Shown: positions 42,665-52,459, counted from the stretch's first letter. The stretch: 64,000 nt of DNA from Alistipes sp. (GCA_017555805.1 JAFZFR010000062.1:315-64314); one strand, 5' to 3'. A program made the numbers and translations. The notes: a model not told the origin generated them from the sequence alone.

Positions 42665-43723
42665 ATGAAATACACGATTCAAGATGGCGGCTATCGCTCG
42701 TCAATCCTTATTATCTATACGGGCGGTACTATCGGTATGAAGACCGATGAGCATACGGGTGCGCTGGTGCCCTTCGACTTTAGCGGCATTTATGAGGAGT
42801 TCCCCTCGCTGCGTCGCCTGAATGTCGATATTGATGTCCACACGATGCCCAAACTCATCGACTCGTCGAATGTTCACCCTTCTGACTGGTGCGCCATCGC
42901 CGAGGTGATTCAGTCCAACTACGAGAAGTACGACGGTTTTGTCATCCTGCACGGTACCGACACGATGTCCTACACCGCCTCGGCATTGAGTTTTATGCTG
43001 GAAAATCTCGCCAAACCGGTGGTCTTTACGGGTAGCCAGATTCCTATTGGTCTGCTCCGTACGGATGGACGCGAAAACCTTATCACAGCCATCGAGGTGG
43101 CGGGCGCGCAGGTCGATGGAAAGCCCCTTGTGCCCGAGGTGTCGCTGCTCTTCCACAGTTGCCTCTACCGCGGAAATCGTACCCGCAAGGTGAGTGCCGA
43201 GGAGTTGGATGCCTTTCGCTCGCCTAACTATCCTCCGCTGGCGGAGGTGGGTGTGAAGATAGCCTACAACAGTGCAAATATCGTCCCTCAAACGCGGGCC
43301 GTTGAGTCGCTGCGTATCGCTACGATGTTGAGCGAGGGCGTGGCAATCATAAAACTCTTCCCGGGCATCGGCGAATATACACTGCGTGCCATCCTCTCGG
43401 TTGAGGGTCTGCGCGGAGTGGTGCTTGAGACCTACGGCGCGGGCAATGCCCCTACGGCGGAGTGGTTTCAGTCGCTGATGCGCGAGACGGTGGAGCGCGG
43501 AGTGGTGGTGCTGAATGTGACGCAGTGTGACAATGGCTCGGTGGAGATGCAACTCTATGAGACCGGTCTGCGTCTGCAAAAGGCGGGTGTGCTCTCGGCA
43601 TACGATATGACCACCGAGGCTGCCATCACCAAATTGATGTATGTACTGGGCAAAAATTTGCCACTTGCGGAATCAATCGAGTTGATGAAGAAACCATTAA
43701 GAGGTGAATTTACTTTGAAATAA
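42665..43723 (+). CDS. ansA: Type I (cytoplasmic) L-asparaginase
   Basis: IYTGGTIGM, LHGTDTM, FTGSQ, ETYGAGN, DMTTEAAITKL. Confidence 0.93.
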   Translation: MKYTIQDGGYRSSILIIYTGGTIGMKTDEHTGALVPFDFSGIYEEFPSLRRLNVDIDVHTMPKLIDSSNVHPSDWCAIAEVIQSNYEKYDGFVILHGTDTMSYTASALSFMLENLAKPVVFTGSQIPIGLLRTDGRENLITAIEVAGAQVDGKPLVPEVSLLFHSCLYRGNRTRKVSAEELDAFRSPNYPPLAEVGVKIAYNSANIVPQTRAVESLRIATMLSEGVAIIKLFPGIGEYTLRAILSVEGLRGVVLETYGAGNAPTAEWFQSLMRETVERGVVVLNVTQCDNGSVEMQLYETGLRLQKAGVLSAYDMTTEAAITKLMYVLGKNLPLAESIELMKKPLRGEFTLK

Positions 43724-44010
43724 AGTTGTGTGGATGAAAAATAATTACTATATTTCGGTCCGTAAACTCTGCAAAAAGTGCATCTGCGACCTGGAAAGTC
43801 CAGGGTCGGGGGTGTAATGTGTTGGCATATAGCGTGTTGCGTTGCGTGTGCGCTGAAGTTTGGCGTTGCGCTGAAGATGGGTGCCGAGCGGGGTCGGAGC
43901 GCCGAAATGGGCGAGTGAAGATGTTTTTTATTGCATAAACGCATAAAAATTGAAATTTTAACACAAATAAATAAAAACAAAACACTAATTAAAAACTATT
44001 TAAAAAAGCT

Positions 44011-44742
44011 ATGAAAAAAAATTTTATGTTTTTGGCAGTAGCCGTTCTTGGCACTGTTAACGCTTTCGCACAGGAGGCTGCTGTAGCAGCAGAGACTGAG
44101 CTCGCAGGTGACACAATGCACCAGGTTTTGATGCAGAAGTTCCTTGAGGGTGGTTGGGGCTGGATGTTGCCCGTATTGGTTTGCTTGGTAATCGGTTTGG
44201 CGGTTGCTATCGAGCGTATGCTCTACCTCTCATTCGCTAACATCAACACTAAGAAGTTCATCGAGTCTTTCGAGAAGACTTTGAACGAGCAGGGTGTAGA
44301 GGCTGCAAAAGAGTTGTGCCGCAACACTAAGGGTCCTGTTGCTTCTATCTACTATCAGGGTCTTGATCGTTACGAGCAGGGTATGGACGCTGTTGAGAAG
44401 GCAGTTGTTTCTTACGGTTCAGTTCAGACAGGTCAGATGGAGTCAGGTCTTTCTTGGATTGGTTTGTTCATCGCTCTTTCTCCAATGTTGGGTTTCATGG
44501 GTACCGTAGTAGGTATGATCGAGGCGTTCGACCAGATCCAGGCTGCTGGTGATATCTCTCCAACCGTTGTAGCAGGTGGTATCAAGGTTGCGTTGTTGAC
44601 TACTTTGATGGGTCTTATCGCTGCTGTTATCCTTCAGTTGTTCTACAACTACATCATCTCTAAGATTGACAACTTGGTTAACGCAATGGAGGACGCGTCA
44701 ATCACTTTGGTTGATATCTTGACAGCTTACAACAAGAAGTAA
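44011..44742 (+). CDS. exbB: MotA/TolQ/ExbB proton channel protein
   Basis: FLEGGWGWM, SPMLGFMGTVVGMI, VAGGIKVALLTT. Confidence 0.93.
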   Translation: MKKNFMFLAVAVLGTVNAFAQEAAVAAETELAGDTMHQVLMQKFLEGGWGWMLPVLVCLVIGLAVAIERMLYLSFANINTKKFIESFEKTLNEQGVEAAKELCRNTKGPVASIYYQGLDRYEQGMDAVEKAVVSYGSVQTGQMESGLSWIGLFIALSPMLGFMGTVVGMIEAFDQIQAAGDISPTVVAGGIKVALLTTLMGLIAAVILQLFYNYIISKIDNLVNAMEDASITLVDILTAYNKK

Positions 44743-44768
44743 TATATACCCTTAAAGAGTAATTAATA

Positions 44769-45206
44769 ATGGAGAAAATTTTGAAATATTCATTGGTTGC
44801 ATTGCTTGCTGTCTCTGTAGCTATGGTATTCTGGGCTGTTTTCACAACTCCAGAGAACCCTACAATCGAGAACGCAACAGCCGTAGGAGCATACCTCTAC
44901 TGGGGTTACTTCCTTATGGGTGCAGCTGTCGTAGCAGCGTTGGTAGGCGCTGGTATGGACTTGCTCAAGAAGCCAGAGGGTATCAAGGGCGCGTTGATTT
45001 CTGTAGTTGCTATCGTGGCTATCATCGTCGTTGCCTATGTTATCTCTAACGGTCACGATTTCCAGATCGTTGACTTGGGCAACCAGGGCTACTTTGAGCG
45101 TGGTGAGACAGTCATTACTGACACTTGTCTTATTGTATTCTATGTAGCAATGGCGGGTGCTGTTGTTTCAGCTATCTATTCAGCAGTGACCGACGCACTC
45201 AAATAA
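44769..45206 (+). CDS. Hypothetical 4-TM membrane protein of the exbBD operon
   Basis: Four hydrophobic segments; same codon style as exbB/exbD; 15-26 nt gaps. Confidence 0.8.
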   Translation: MEKILKYSLVALLAVSVAMVFWAVFTTPENPTIENATAVGAYLYWGYFLMGAAVVAALVGAGMDLLKKPEGIKGALISVVAIVAIIVVAYVISNGHDFQIVDLGNQGYFERGETVITDTCLIVFYVAMAGAVVSAIYSAVTDALK

Positions 45207-45221
45207 TGAAAGGAGACGTTT

Positions 45222-45818
45222 ATGGCAGGTAATAAAAGAAAAACACCTGATATTAACGCCAGTTCACAGGCCGATATCGCCTTCTTGTTGCTCGTGTTCT
45301 TCCTTGTGGCAACAACGATGAATACCGATAAGGGTATCTCTCGTGTATTGCCTCCAATCCCACCCGAGGATGTTAAGGTTGAGGACCAGAAGCAGAAGGA
45401 GCGTAATGTATTGTTGGTATTCGTGAATGGAGCTGGTCAGTTGATGGTTGGTGACGAGATGACCGACATTCGCCAGTTGAAGGACAAGGCGAAGGAGTTT
45501 ATCTTGAATGTAAACGACGAGGAGGATAAGCCTGAGAAGGAGGATAAGGAGATCGATATGCCAGATGGTTCAAAGTGGGTTTACACTACCAGCAAGGGCG
45601 TTATCTCTTTGCAGACTACTCGTGATACCAACTACGAGACCTATATCCAGGTGCAGAATGAGCTTACTCGCGTATTTAGCGAGATCCGTCAGGATGTATC
45701 AATGCAGAAGTTCGGCAAGTCTTTCGACGAGTTGAACGAGGATGAGCGTAAAGTAATAACCACCGCTGTGCAGCAGAAGATTTCTGAGGCAGAGCCCCGT
45801 AAAGCAATCAAGAAGTAA
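45222..45818 (+). CDS. exbD: ExbD/TolR family protein
   Basis: INASSQADIAFLLLVFFLVATTM. Confidence 0.9.
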   Translation: MAGNKRKTPDINASSQADIAFLLLVFFLVATTMNTDKGISRVLPPIPPEDVKVEDQKQKERNVLLVFVNGAGQLMVGDEMTDIRQLKDKAKEFILNVNDEEDKPEKEDKEIDMPDGSKWVYTTSKGVISLQTTRDTNYETYIQVQNELTRVFSEIRQDVSMQKFGKSFDELNEDERKVITTAVQQKISEAEPRKAIKK

Positions 45819-45819
45819 T

Positions 45820-46290
45820 ATGGCAGTAATGAAAAAGAAGGGTAGCAAGGAGTTGCCCGCAATTTCAACAGCATCACTTCCTGATGTGATCTTTATGATC
45901 CTTTTCTTCTTCATGGTGTCAACCACTATGCGAGATCAGGAGGTATTGGTGCGTTACAAGCTCCCTAATGCAACAGAGGTGCAGAAGCTTGAGAAGAAGA
46001 ACTTGGTAAGTTATATCCATATCGGTGTTCCTGTAACTCATATGCAGGCTCGCTATGGTACAGCTCCAAAGATTCAGTTGAATGACACTTATAAGACAGC
46101 CAAGGACATTGGTGACTTCATCGCAGCAGAGCGTGAGCAGCTCAACGAGGCTGACCGTGCGCAGATGACAACCAGCATCAAGGCTGACCGTGAGACAAAG
46201 ATGGGTATGATTACCGACGTTAAGCAGGAGCTTCGTCGTGCTAACGCCTTGAAAATTTCTTACGCAGCAGTTGAGGGTGAGGTTAAGTAA
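45820..46290 (+). CDS. exbD: ExbD/TolR family protein
   Basis: ISTASLPDVIFMILFFFMVSTTM; IKAD...MGMITDVKQELR. Confidence 0.9.
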   Translation: MAVMKKKGSKELPAISTASLPDVIFMILFFFMVSTTMRDQEVLVRYKLPNATEVQKLEKKNLVSYIHIGVPVTHMQARYGTAPKIQLNDTYKTAKDIGDFIAAEREQLNEADRAQMTTSIKADRETKMGMITDVKQELRRANALKISYAAVEGEVK

Positions 46291-46313
46291 GCCGTCTTAT
46301 ACTTTAAGTAAAT

Positions 46314-46342
46314 GAGCGTCCGTTTTTACGGGCGCTTTTTTT
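46314..46342 (+). terminator. Intrinsic terminator of exbBD operon
   Basis: GAGCGTCCGT-TTTT-ACGGGCGCTT plus T-run. Confidence 0.8.
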
Positions 46343-46346
46343 GTGG

Positions 46347-46500
46347 GGTGTAGCGAGGGGGTGAGTAGGCGAGTGCTTTTGTGCGGTGTAGTTAGGTGGG
46401 AGTAGGAGCATGTTTTTATGTTGGGTGTAGTGAGCGGGCGAGTAGGCGAGTGCTTTTGTGAGGTGTAGTTAGGGGGTGAGTGTGCGAGCGCTTTTTGTGA
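46347..46500. repeat. Four imperfect 38-39 bp tandem repeats
   Basis: Units start GGTGTAG at 46347, 46385, 46424, 46462; consensus approx. GGTGTAGTTAGGGGGTGAGTAGGCGAGTGCTTTTGTGA. Confidence 0.85.
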
Positions 46501-46931
46501 GGTTTATATATGAACAATGTTATAAAAAGTGGAGGGACGATGGTGTTCCTCTTTTTTTGCTATGGGTTGAGGTCTGCCCTTGCAGAAAAAATTACTCTTT
46601 GAGTCATCGTGAGATACCTATATATATTATATATCCTTCGGGCTTTGCGGTTGTGAGTTCTGATGAAGCGAAAATTTACGCTCAAAATCACAATTTTATC
46701 CCCGCCCCGCTTTTCTTGTCAAGTCAAAATTCTCGCGCCTTTGGTCGGGGAAAATGAAAATATATCTGCCAAATCACGCCTTTTTCATCTATCGAAGTGT
46801 AGAATATAGGCGAAATAATATAAAAATACAAGAAAATAATGAAAATATATTTGTAAAAAGCGTATTACCAATGGTTTAATTACTACTTTTGTTCTTGATA
46901 CTTTCGGGATAACTCTAAAAATCAAAAAATT

Positions 46932-47831
46932 ATGAATTTAATCAAACCAGATGATCAGGCAACAATCGTAAAGTATGTCGATACAAATTATGTCGGCATC
47001 CAGTCGCTTAATCTATCGCGCTGCGCCATTGGATATGTCGTCCGAGGCACAAAGCACATCTATTACGGCGACACACGCCACTCTATCTCCCACGGCGAGG
47101 TATTTTACCTCGGTCTTGGAAACCACTATGTCGAGGATATGCCCGATGATGGGCGACCATTCGAACAGATTGTACTCTACTACTCTCCCGAACAGTTACA
47201 GCAGATTTTGTTAAATCTCAATATGGGCTATTCGATTAATATAGCCACCTCGCACTCTTGCGATCGTTGCCGTCGTCACAATCACATCTCAATGGTAGCC
47301 ACGCCCACACTGCGAAACATCTTTACGCACATCCAGAACTATCTCCACGAGGATAGTCAGGTGCACGATGCCGCCGCCGACAAACTCAAGATGACCGAAC
47401 TCATCTATGCTGTCGTGGCTATGGAGGAGTGTTGTCTGCGCAGTAAGATGCTCTCGAATGTGGATGCCGCCCACGGCAGTTTCGAGCAGATTATCTACAA
47501 CAACATTTTCAACGACATCTCGATTGAGGAGTTGGCGTCGCTGTCGCACCGCTCGCTCACCTCGTTCAAGAAGGAGTTTAAGCGCCACTTCGTGATGTCG
47601 CCCCACCGTTGGTTTATCCGTCAGCGACTGATGCGCTCGCGCCTGCTGCTAATCTCCACCTCGAAGTCGATTTCGGAGATAGGCATTGAGTGTACCTTTC
47701 CCAACACTTCGCATTTTATAAAACTTTTTAAAAAGCAGTATGGCTTTACGCCCGCAATATATCGCAATCGTTTCTCGAATTACACTCTCACAGAGCCTGA
47801 TGCCGCTCGCTCAGGGGCGTGTGGGGCGTAA
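46932..47831 (+). CDS. AraC family transcriptional regulator
   Basis: Cupin-like N-domain; SIEELASLSHRSLTSFKKEFK and SISEIGIECTFPNTSHFIKLFKKQYGFTPAIYR double HTH. Confidence 0.93.
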   Translation: MNLIKPDDQATIVKYVDTNYVGIQSLNLSRCAIGYVVRGTKHIYYGDTRHSISHGEVFYLGLGNHYVEDMPDDGRPFEQIVLYYSPEQLQQILLNLNMGYSINIATSHSCDRCRRHNHISMVATPTLRNIFTHIQNYLHEDSQVHDAAADKLKMTELIYAVVAMEECCLRSKMLSNVDAAHGSFEQIIYNNIFNDISIEELASLSHRSLTSFKKEFKRHFVMSPHRWFIRQRLMRSRLLLISTSKSISEIGIECTFPNTSHFIKLFKKQYGFTPAIYRNRFSNYTLTEPDAARSGACGA

Positions 47832-47981
47832 TTTATGGCGTGATGGCGTAGGTGTGGGTTTTGCGTAAATAGCATGTTATTCAAAAATTTTAATAAATAG
47901 AGGCTTGAATTTTTCTAAAAATTGCAAAAATAGGTGGGTTTAATTTTGCGGATGAGAAAATTAATGCTATCTTTGTTATAG

Positions 47982-48067
47982 CAATGTGGTTTTAACCACT
48001 TTCTCATTAACCTAACTAACCTAACGCGGTGGTGGATGTTGCCAGACATCTCACCACCTTTCTTTTT
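47982..48067 (+). ncRNA. Candidate stand-alone small RNA (about 86 nt)
   Basis: TTTG(47945)-19 nt-TATCTTTG(47968) promoter; 5' hairpin; unstructured middle; strong terminator; no same-strand gene downstream. Confidence 0.55.
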
Positions 48068-48121
48068 GTGTGGGGGCGTGTAATGGGGCGGAGGGGCGCA
48101 CGAATATTAACCCTTATAAGC

Positions 48122-48151
48122 AAAAAAAAGACACGCCCTCGGCGTGTCTTA
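48122..48151 (-). terminator. Terminator of tamL/bamA-like gene
   Basis: AAGACACGCC-CTC-GGCGTGTCTT preceded by an A-run on + strand. Confidence 0.8.
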
Positions 48152-48188
48152 TGCTTTTGGTAGCGTTATCTGCTTTAGCAAAATCTCG

Positions 48189-50570
48189 TTAGAAAGGATA
48201 GCCCACACCGAAGTTCAGGGCGGTGTTCTTCCAGCGCAGGTTGTGTATCCAGCGCTCGCCCGCAGGCTGGTTAGGGCTGTGGAGTTGCACACCCCAGTCG
48301 AGGCGGAGGATTACGAATGTGATGTCCACGCGTAGGCCAAGACCCGTATTCAGACCCAACTGCTTGTAGAATGAATCCCAATGGAATACGCCGTCGGCTG
48401 GCACCTCGCCCTTGCTGCGTGGCAGATACCACACATTACCCAGGTCGAGGAATGTAGCGCCGTGGAACATACCCCATACGGGGAAGCGGAACTCGAGGTT
48501 CGCCTCCAGTCGCATATCGCCCATCTGCACGGGGTAGGGGGTGTTCTGCGCTGGCGTGTTGCCTGGTCCGAGTGTTCGTGGGCTCCAGCCTCGCATACTG
48601 TTGCTACCGCCGACATAGAACATACGGTCGAATGGCAGAGCGGTAGAGTTGCCGTATGGCACGCCCACACCCGCGAAGATTCTACCCGCGATGGCACTGC
48701 GCTCGCCGAGGGTAATCTTGCGGCTCACGCTCACATCGCCACGCACATACTGCGAATATCTCACGCCCAGAATCTTGTAGTAGCCATCCTCGCGCTTCTT
48801 GCCACCGAATGCCCACTCCGCCAGGTTGAGCAGATTACCCGATGACTCGAAGTTGGCACGCATCAGTGTGGCGTTGCCGTTGATGTTCTTATTCTGGTTG
48901 TTGTAGGTGTAACTTGCCGATAATCCGACGATTGCCTGCGTGAGGTAACTCTGGCGCAGGTACTCATTCTCGAGCGACGAGAAGAAGTTTTCGTCCATAT
49001 ATCCCACTCTAATCCAATTGATGTCCAGCGGGCGGAGTTGGTACGAGTAGCGGCCATTCAGACTTCGCCACGAGTATGCCCACGCCACGCGCGAGAGGTC
49101 GCGACGATAGTAGGGGCGGTCCTGATAGTTGAACGATAGTTCCAACTTCGTGCGTGGCATATTGATGTTGCGCGTCGAGATGTTGAATGGCGAGATGAAG
49201 CGTGGAAACTGCATGCCCAGCGTCAAACCCACCTCATTTGCACGGCGTCGCAGAGTGCTCGGCGCCTTCATATACTCGTAACCGAATGTGAGTGCAGCGT
49301 TGAATGTCTCCACGCCTCGGAAGAGGTTGCGGTTCTGGTAGCCCACGGTGGTGCTCAAGCCGTAAAAACTCGATGTGGTGCTTCCCTCAAGTTCGATGTT
49401 GAAGCCCTGCTTGAGTGTTGGCGAGCAGAGGATGTAGCACTTCAGGCGACCCTCGCTGATGTTCTCGAAGTTGCGGGGCGAATATGCCGAGCGACCCTCG
49501 CCAGCGTAGTGCGAGACGATTGAGTCACCCTCCTGTGGCAACTCCTCGAAGGCGATGCGGGCGCTCTTGAAGTAGCCGAGCGACATAATCTCGCTATATG
49601 TGCGGTCCACCTGCGATGAGTTGTAGGTGGTGTTTGGTGTCAGCGGAATTGCCGAGTGCAGCACCGCGGGGCGCACATTTGGCCTGCCCTGCGATATGAT
49701 GTTCAGACCCTGATAGTGCGTTGTGTCGTGCAACATCTTGCGATACTCGTCGGCAGCGATGGCGGGGTCGTAGTCGGGCACAACATTAATCTCGTTGATT
49801 GAGTAGATGCGGTTGTTCGCCATGATGGCCCTGCCGCGCTCGTCATATCCCGTAATGTTACGCTTGATAATCATCCTGATGCCCGCCTTGCGCTCGCCCT
49901 GAAGGGTATCGACACGGTATTCGATGTTATTGATTGAGAAGTTGTAGTAACCTCTGTTGTTCAGATAGTTAGTGATTCTCTCGCGCTCCTTTTCCAGCGA
50001 GGTGATGTCGAAAATCTCACCCACACGCAGCAGCGACGATGCGGTGTCGGCCTCGATTACGGGGGCTAACTGCTTGTCGCGGAAGTCGTACGAAAGGCTA
50101 CTGATGCGATATGGCTCGCCCTGATGTGTGCGGTAGGTGACATAGGCGCGCTTGGGGCGGCGTGTGGTGTCAATCTCATACTCCACCTGCGAGCGGTAGT
50201 AGCCGCGCGAGTCCATATATGTCTTTAGGTTCTGCGCGCTCTTGTGTGTGAGCGACACATCCAGCAGGACGGGCTCCTCGCCCACCTTGCGCTTGAGGTT
50301 GTTCCACCAGTTATTCTTCTTTGGGTTGGCGAGGTTGTGCGCCCACACATAGAAGTTGGTGCCGAGGAAACGCTTGTTGGGCGTCTGGCGCACATACTGC
50401 TCCATCGTGTAGGAGGTGATGCGCTCATCCTTTGGCGTGTGCTTGTCGTCGTCGATGGTGACGCGTTGCAGGAAGTACTCGCCCTCGGAGAGTTTGCGCG
50501 TGACGCTACACGCCGAGCACATAATGCCCAGCGCCACGACCATCATCAATCTCAACCAAAAGCCTCTCAT
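48189..50570 (-). CDS. Omp85/BamA-TamA family lipoprotein (TamL-like)
   Basis: Lipobox CSAC; POTRA-like LKTYMDSRGYY and LNNRGYYNF; FYVGGSNSMRGW; C-terminal GVGYPF. Confidence 0.88.
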   Translation of the reverse strand: MRGFWLRLMMVVALGIMCSACSVTRKLSEGEYFLQRVTIDDDKHTPKDERITSYTMEQYVRQTPNKRFLGTNFYVWAHNLANPKKNNWWNNLKRKVGEEPVLLDVSLTHKSAQNLKTYMDSRGYYRSQVEYEIDTTRRPKRAYVTYRTHQGEPYRISSLSYDFRDKQLAPVIEADTASSLLRVGEIFDITSLEKERERITNYLNNRGYYNFSINNIEYRVDTLQGERKAGIRMIIKRNITGYDERGRAIMANNRIYSINEINVVPDYDPAIAADEYRKMLHDTTHYQGLNIISQGRPNVRPAVLHSAIPLTPNTTYNSSQVDRTYSEIMSLGYFKSARIAFEELPQEGDSIVSHYAGEGRSAYSPRNFENISEGRLKCYILCSPTLKQGFNIELEGSTTSSFYGLSTTVGYQNRNLFRGVETFNAALTFGYEYMKAPSTLRRRANEVGLTLGMQFPRFISPFNISTRNINMPRTKLELSFNYQDRPYYRRDLSRVAWAYSWRSLNGRYSYQLRPLDINWIRVGYMDENFFSSLENEYLRQSYLTQAIVGLSASYTYNNQNKNINGNATLMRANFESSGNLLNLAEWAFGGKKREDGYYKILGVRYSQYVRGDVSVSRKITLGERSAIAGRIFAGVGVPYGNSTALPFDRMFYVGGSNSMRGWSPRTLGPGNTPAQNTPYPVQMGDMRLEANLEFRFPVWGMFHGATFLDLGNVWYLPRSKGEVPADGVFHWDSFYKQLGLNTGLGLRVDITFVILRLDWGVQLHSPNQPAGERWIHNLRWKNTALNFGVGYPF

Positions 50571-50573
50571 TCG

Positions 50574-51512
50574 TTATCCTATTGTCTCGACGAAGCGCTT
50601 GTAAGCCTCCTCCTCGATGTTGTAAATCTTACTCTTTGCAATGCCTTGCAACTCCTCGCCGTTCCACTCTGCTGTGCCGCTCCACATATATGTTGCGTTA
50701 CCCGTCAGGCGCGTTGTAATCTTCTCGCCATTAATTGTGCAGAGGCAGCGCACCATACCGCCACGATTATAGACATCAATCTGCTTGCCTTCGTGGCAGA
50801 TGCCCAGCAGCGTCGCCGCCGTAGAACTTGCTGTCATCGCCGTACCGCACGAGTAGGTTATGCCCGCGCCACGCTCGTAGGTGGCAACGAAGATGGCATT
50901 CTCGCCGCACTTTTTGTATAGGCTCACATTTATGCCCTTCGGGAAATCCTCCTTTAGGCGTGTCACGCTCTCGCCCAGCACCACCAGACGCTCCATATCA
51001 ATCTCCTCGACCGCCGCCACGATGTGAGGGTTGCCCAGGTTGAGAGCCGTAAAGCGGATGTCGTCGCCCAGCGAAGGAATAGCCTTGCCGATGAAGTTAT
51101 CTGCGCCCTTGGCGAAGCCGAAGTCGGGGCTTGTCAGGCGCACGCTGATATCTACGCCATAGGTCTCAATCTCGCCGTTGAGGAGTTCCGCCTTGCGCGT
51201 GGGGTAGAGCCCTCCGCCCGATGTGAGGGTGAACTCGTCGCAGTCGATGTAGCGCTCACGCACCAGACGCGCCACGCAACGGATGCCGTTGCCGCACATC
51301 TCCGCCTCCGAGCCGTCGGGGTTGAACATACGCATCGCGTAGTGCTCGCCCGCCTTCACTACATAAAGTATGCCGTCGGCAGACTCTACATCTCTGTGGG
51401 CGCACACCTGACGAGCAAAAGCCGCCATATCGCCCACGATGTTTCCGCCGACCATATCGACCATAATGAACTTATTGCCAGAGCCGTGGCATTTGATTAT
51501 CTCTATCTGCAT
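50574..51512 (-). CDS. dapF: Diaminopimelate epimerase
   Basis: KCHGSGN, FNPDGSEAEMCGNGIRC, LGNPH, YERGAGITYSCGT. Confidence 0.94.
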   Translation of the reverse strand: MQIEIIKCHGSGNKFIMVDMVGGNIVGDMAAFARQVCAHRDVESADGILYVVKAGEHYAMRMFNPDGSEAEMCGNGIRCVARLVRERYIDCDEFTLTSGGGLYPTRKAELLNGEIETYGVDISVRLTSPDFGFAKGADNFIGKAIPSLGDDIRFTALNLGNPHIVAAVEEIDMERLVVLGESVTRLKEDFPKGINVSLYKKCGENAIFVATYERGAGITYSCGTAMTASSTAATLLGICHEGKQIDVYNRGGMVRCLCTINGEKITTRLTGNATYMWSGTAEWNGEELQGIAKSKIYNIEEEAYKRFVETIG

Positions 51513-51664
51513 TGTGTGCCTAATTTATTCTCCAAAAATAAGAATATTTCGCACGATAAACAAATAAATTTTCTACAACTCGACGCTTCGGGGCTTTGCG
51601 GGTGATAAATATTTTTGTTTTCGCAAATTTTTACCTAATTTTACACAACTAAATAGTTTATCAG

Positions 51665-52459
51665 ATGAAAGAGAAATTTGTTATGGCAGGCTCGACTGCC
51701 CTCCATATTGCCGATTCGCTCAAGGGCGAGAAGTGTGTTGTGCTGTTGCACGGTTACCTTGAGTCGATGTATGTGTGGGATGATTTTCTTCCCCTGCTGA
51801 CCCCAAAGGTGCGAGTGATTACGGCGGATATCCCTGGTCACGGCGTCTCTGTGGTGAATGGCGAGGTGCACACTATGGAGTGGATTGCCGATGTGCTGCA
51901 CGATATGCTGGATGCCATTGGCGTAGAGAAGGTGACGCTGGTGGGTCACTCTATGGGCGGATATATCTCGCTGGCGTTCTGCGCGAAGTATCCCGAAAGA
52001 TTGGATGGTGTGGTGCTGTTGAGCTCTTCGCCAAACCCTGATACCGAGCAGAAGCGCGAGAATCGTCGCCGCGAGATTGCGTTGGTAAAAGCGGGCAAGA
52101 AGGATGCGCTGGCGCGTGTTGCTCCCGAGACTGGCTTTGCGCCTCACAACCGCAAGCGTCTGAAGAGTTATATCGACGACTTGGTGGAGTGCGTTCATGT
52201 CACCGAGGACGAGGGTATTGTGGCACTGCTGGGCGGTATGATTGAGCGAGTGGACCAGAACGAGATGTTGCGCAACTCAGCGGTGAAGCAACTCTTCATC
52301 CTGGGCAAGCACGATGCCTACATCCCTGTGGAGGCTGCCGAGGAGTTTATTGCCCGCAATCCGCAGGCAAAGGTGGCGTGGCTTGAGAACTCGGGCCATA
52401 TGGGATTTATCGAGGAGCCCGAGGCGTGTGCCGAGGCGTTGCTGGAGTTTGTAGAGTAG
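51665..52459 (+). CDS. Alpha/beta hydrolase
   Basis: [29 protein letters not shown]. Confidence 0.92.
   Translation: MKEKFVMAGSTALHIADSLKGEKCVVLLHGYLESMYVWDDFLPLLTPKVRVITADIPGHGVSVVNGEVHTMEWIADVLHDMLDAIGVEKVTLVGHSMGGYISLAFCAKYPERLDGVVLLSSSPNPDTEQKRENRRREIALVKAGKKDALARVAPETGFAPHNRKRLKSYIDDLVECVHVTEDEGIVALLGGMIERVDQNEMLRNSAVKQLFILGKHDAYIPVEAAEEFIARNPQAKVAWLENSGHMGFIEEPEACAEALLEFVE

Noticed and set aside
43760-43925. tRNA between ansA and exbB
   Set aside because: No cloverleaf, TTCGA T-loop or acceptor stem on either strand.
46347-46506. CRISPR array
   Set aside because: Units are similar along their whole length with no unique spacers, and no cas genes are in the window.
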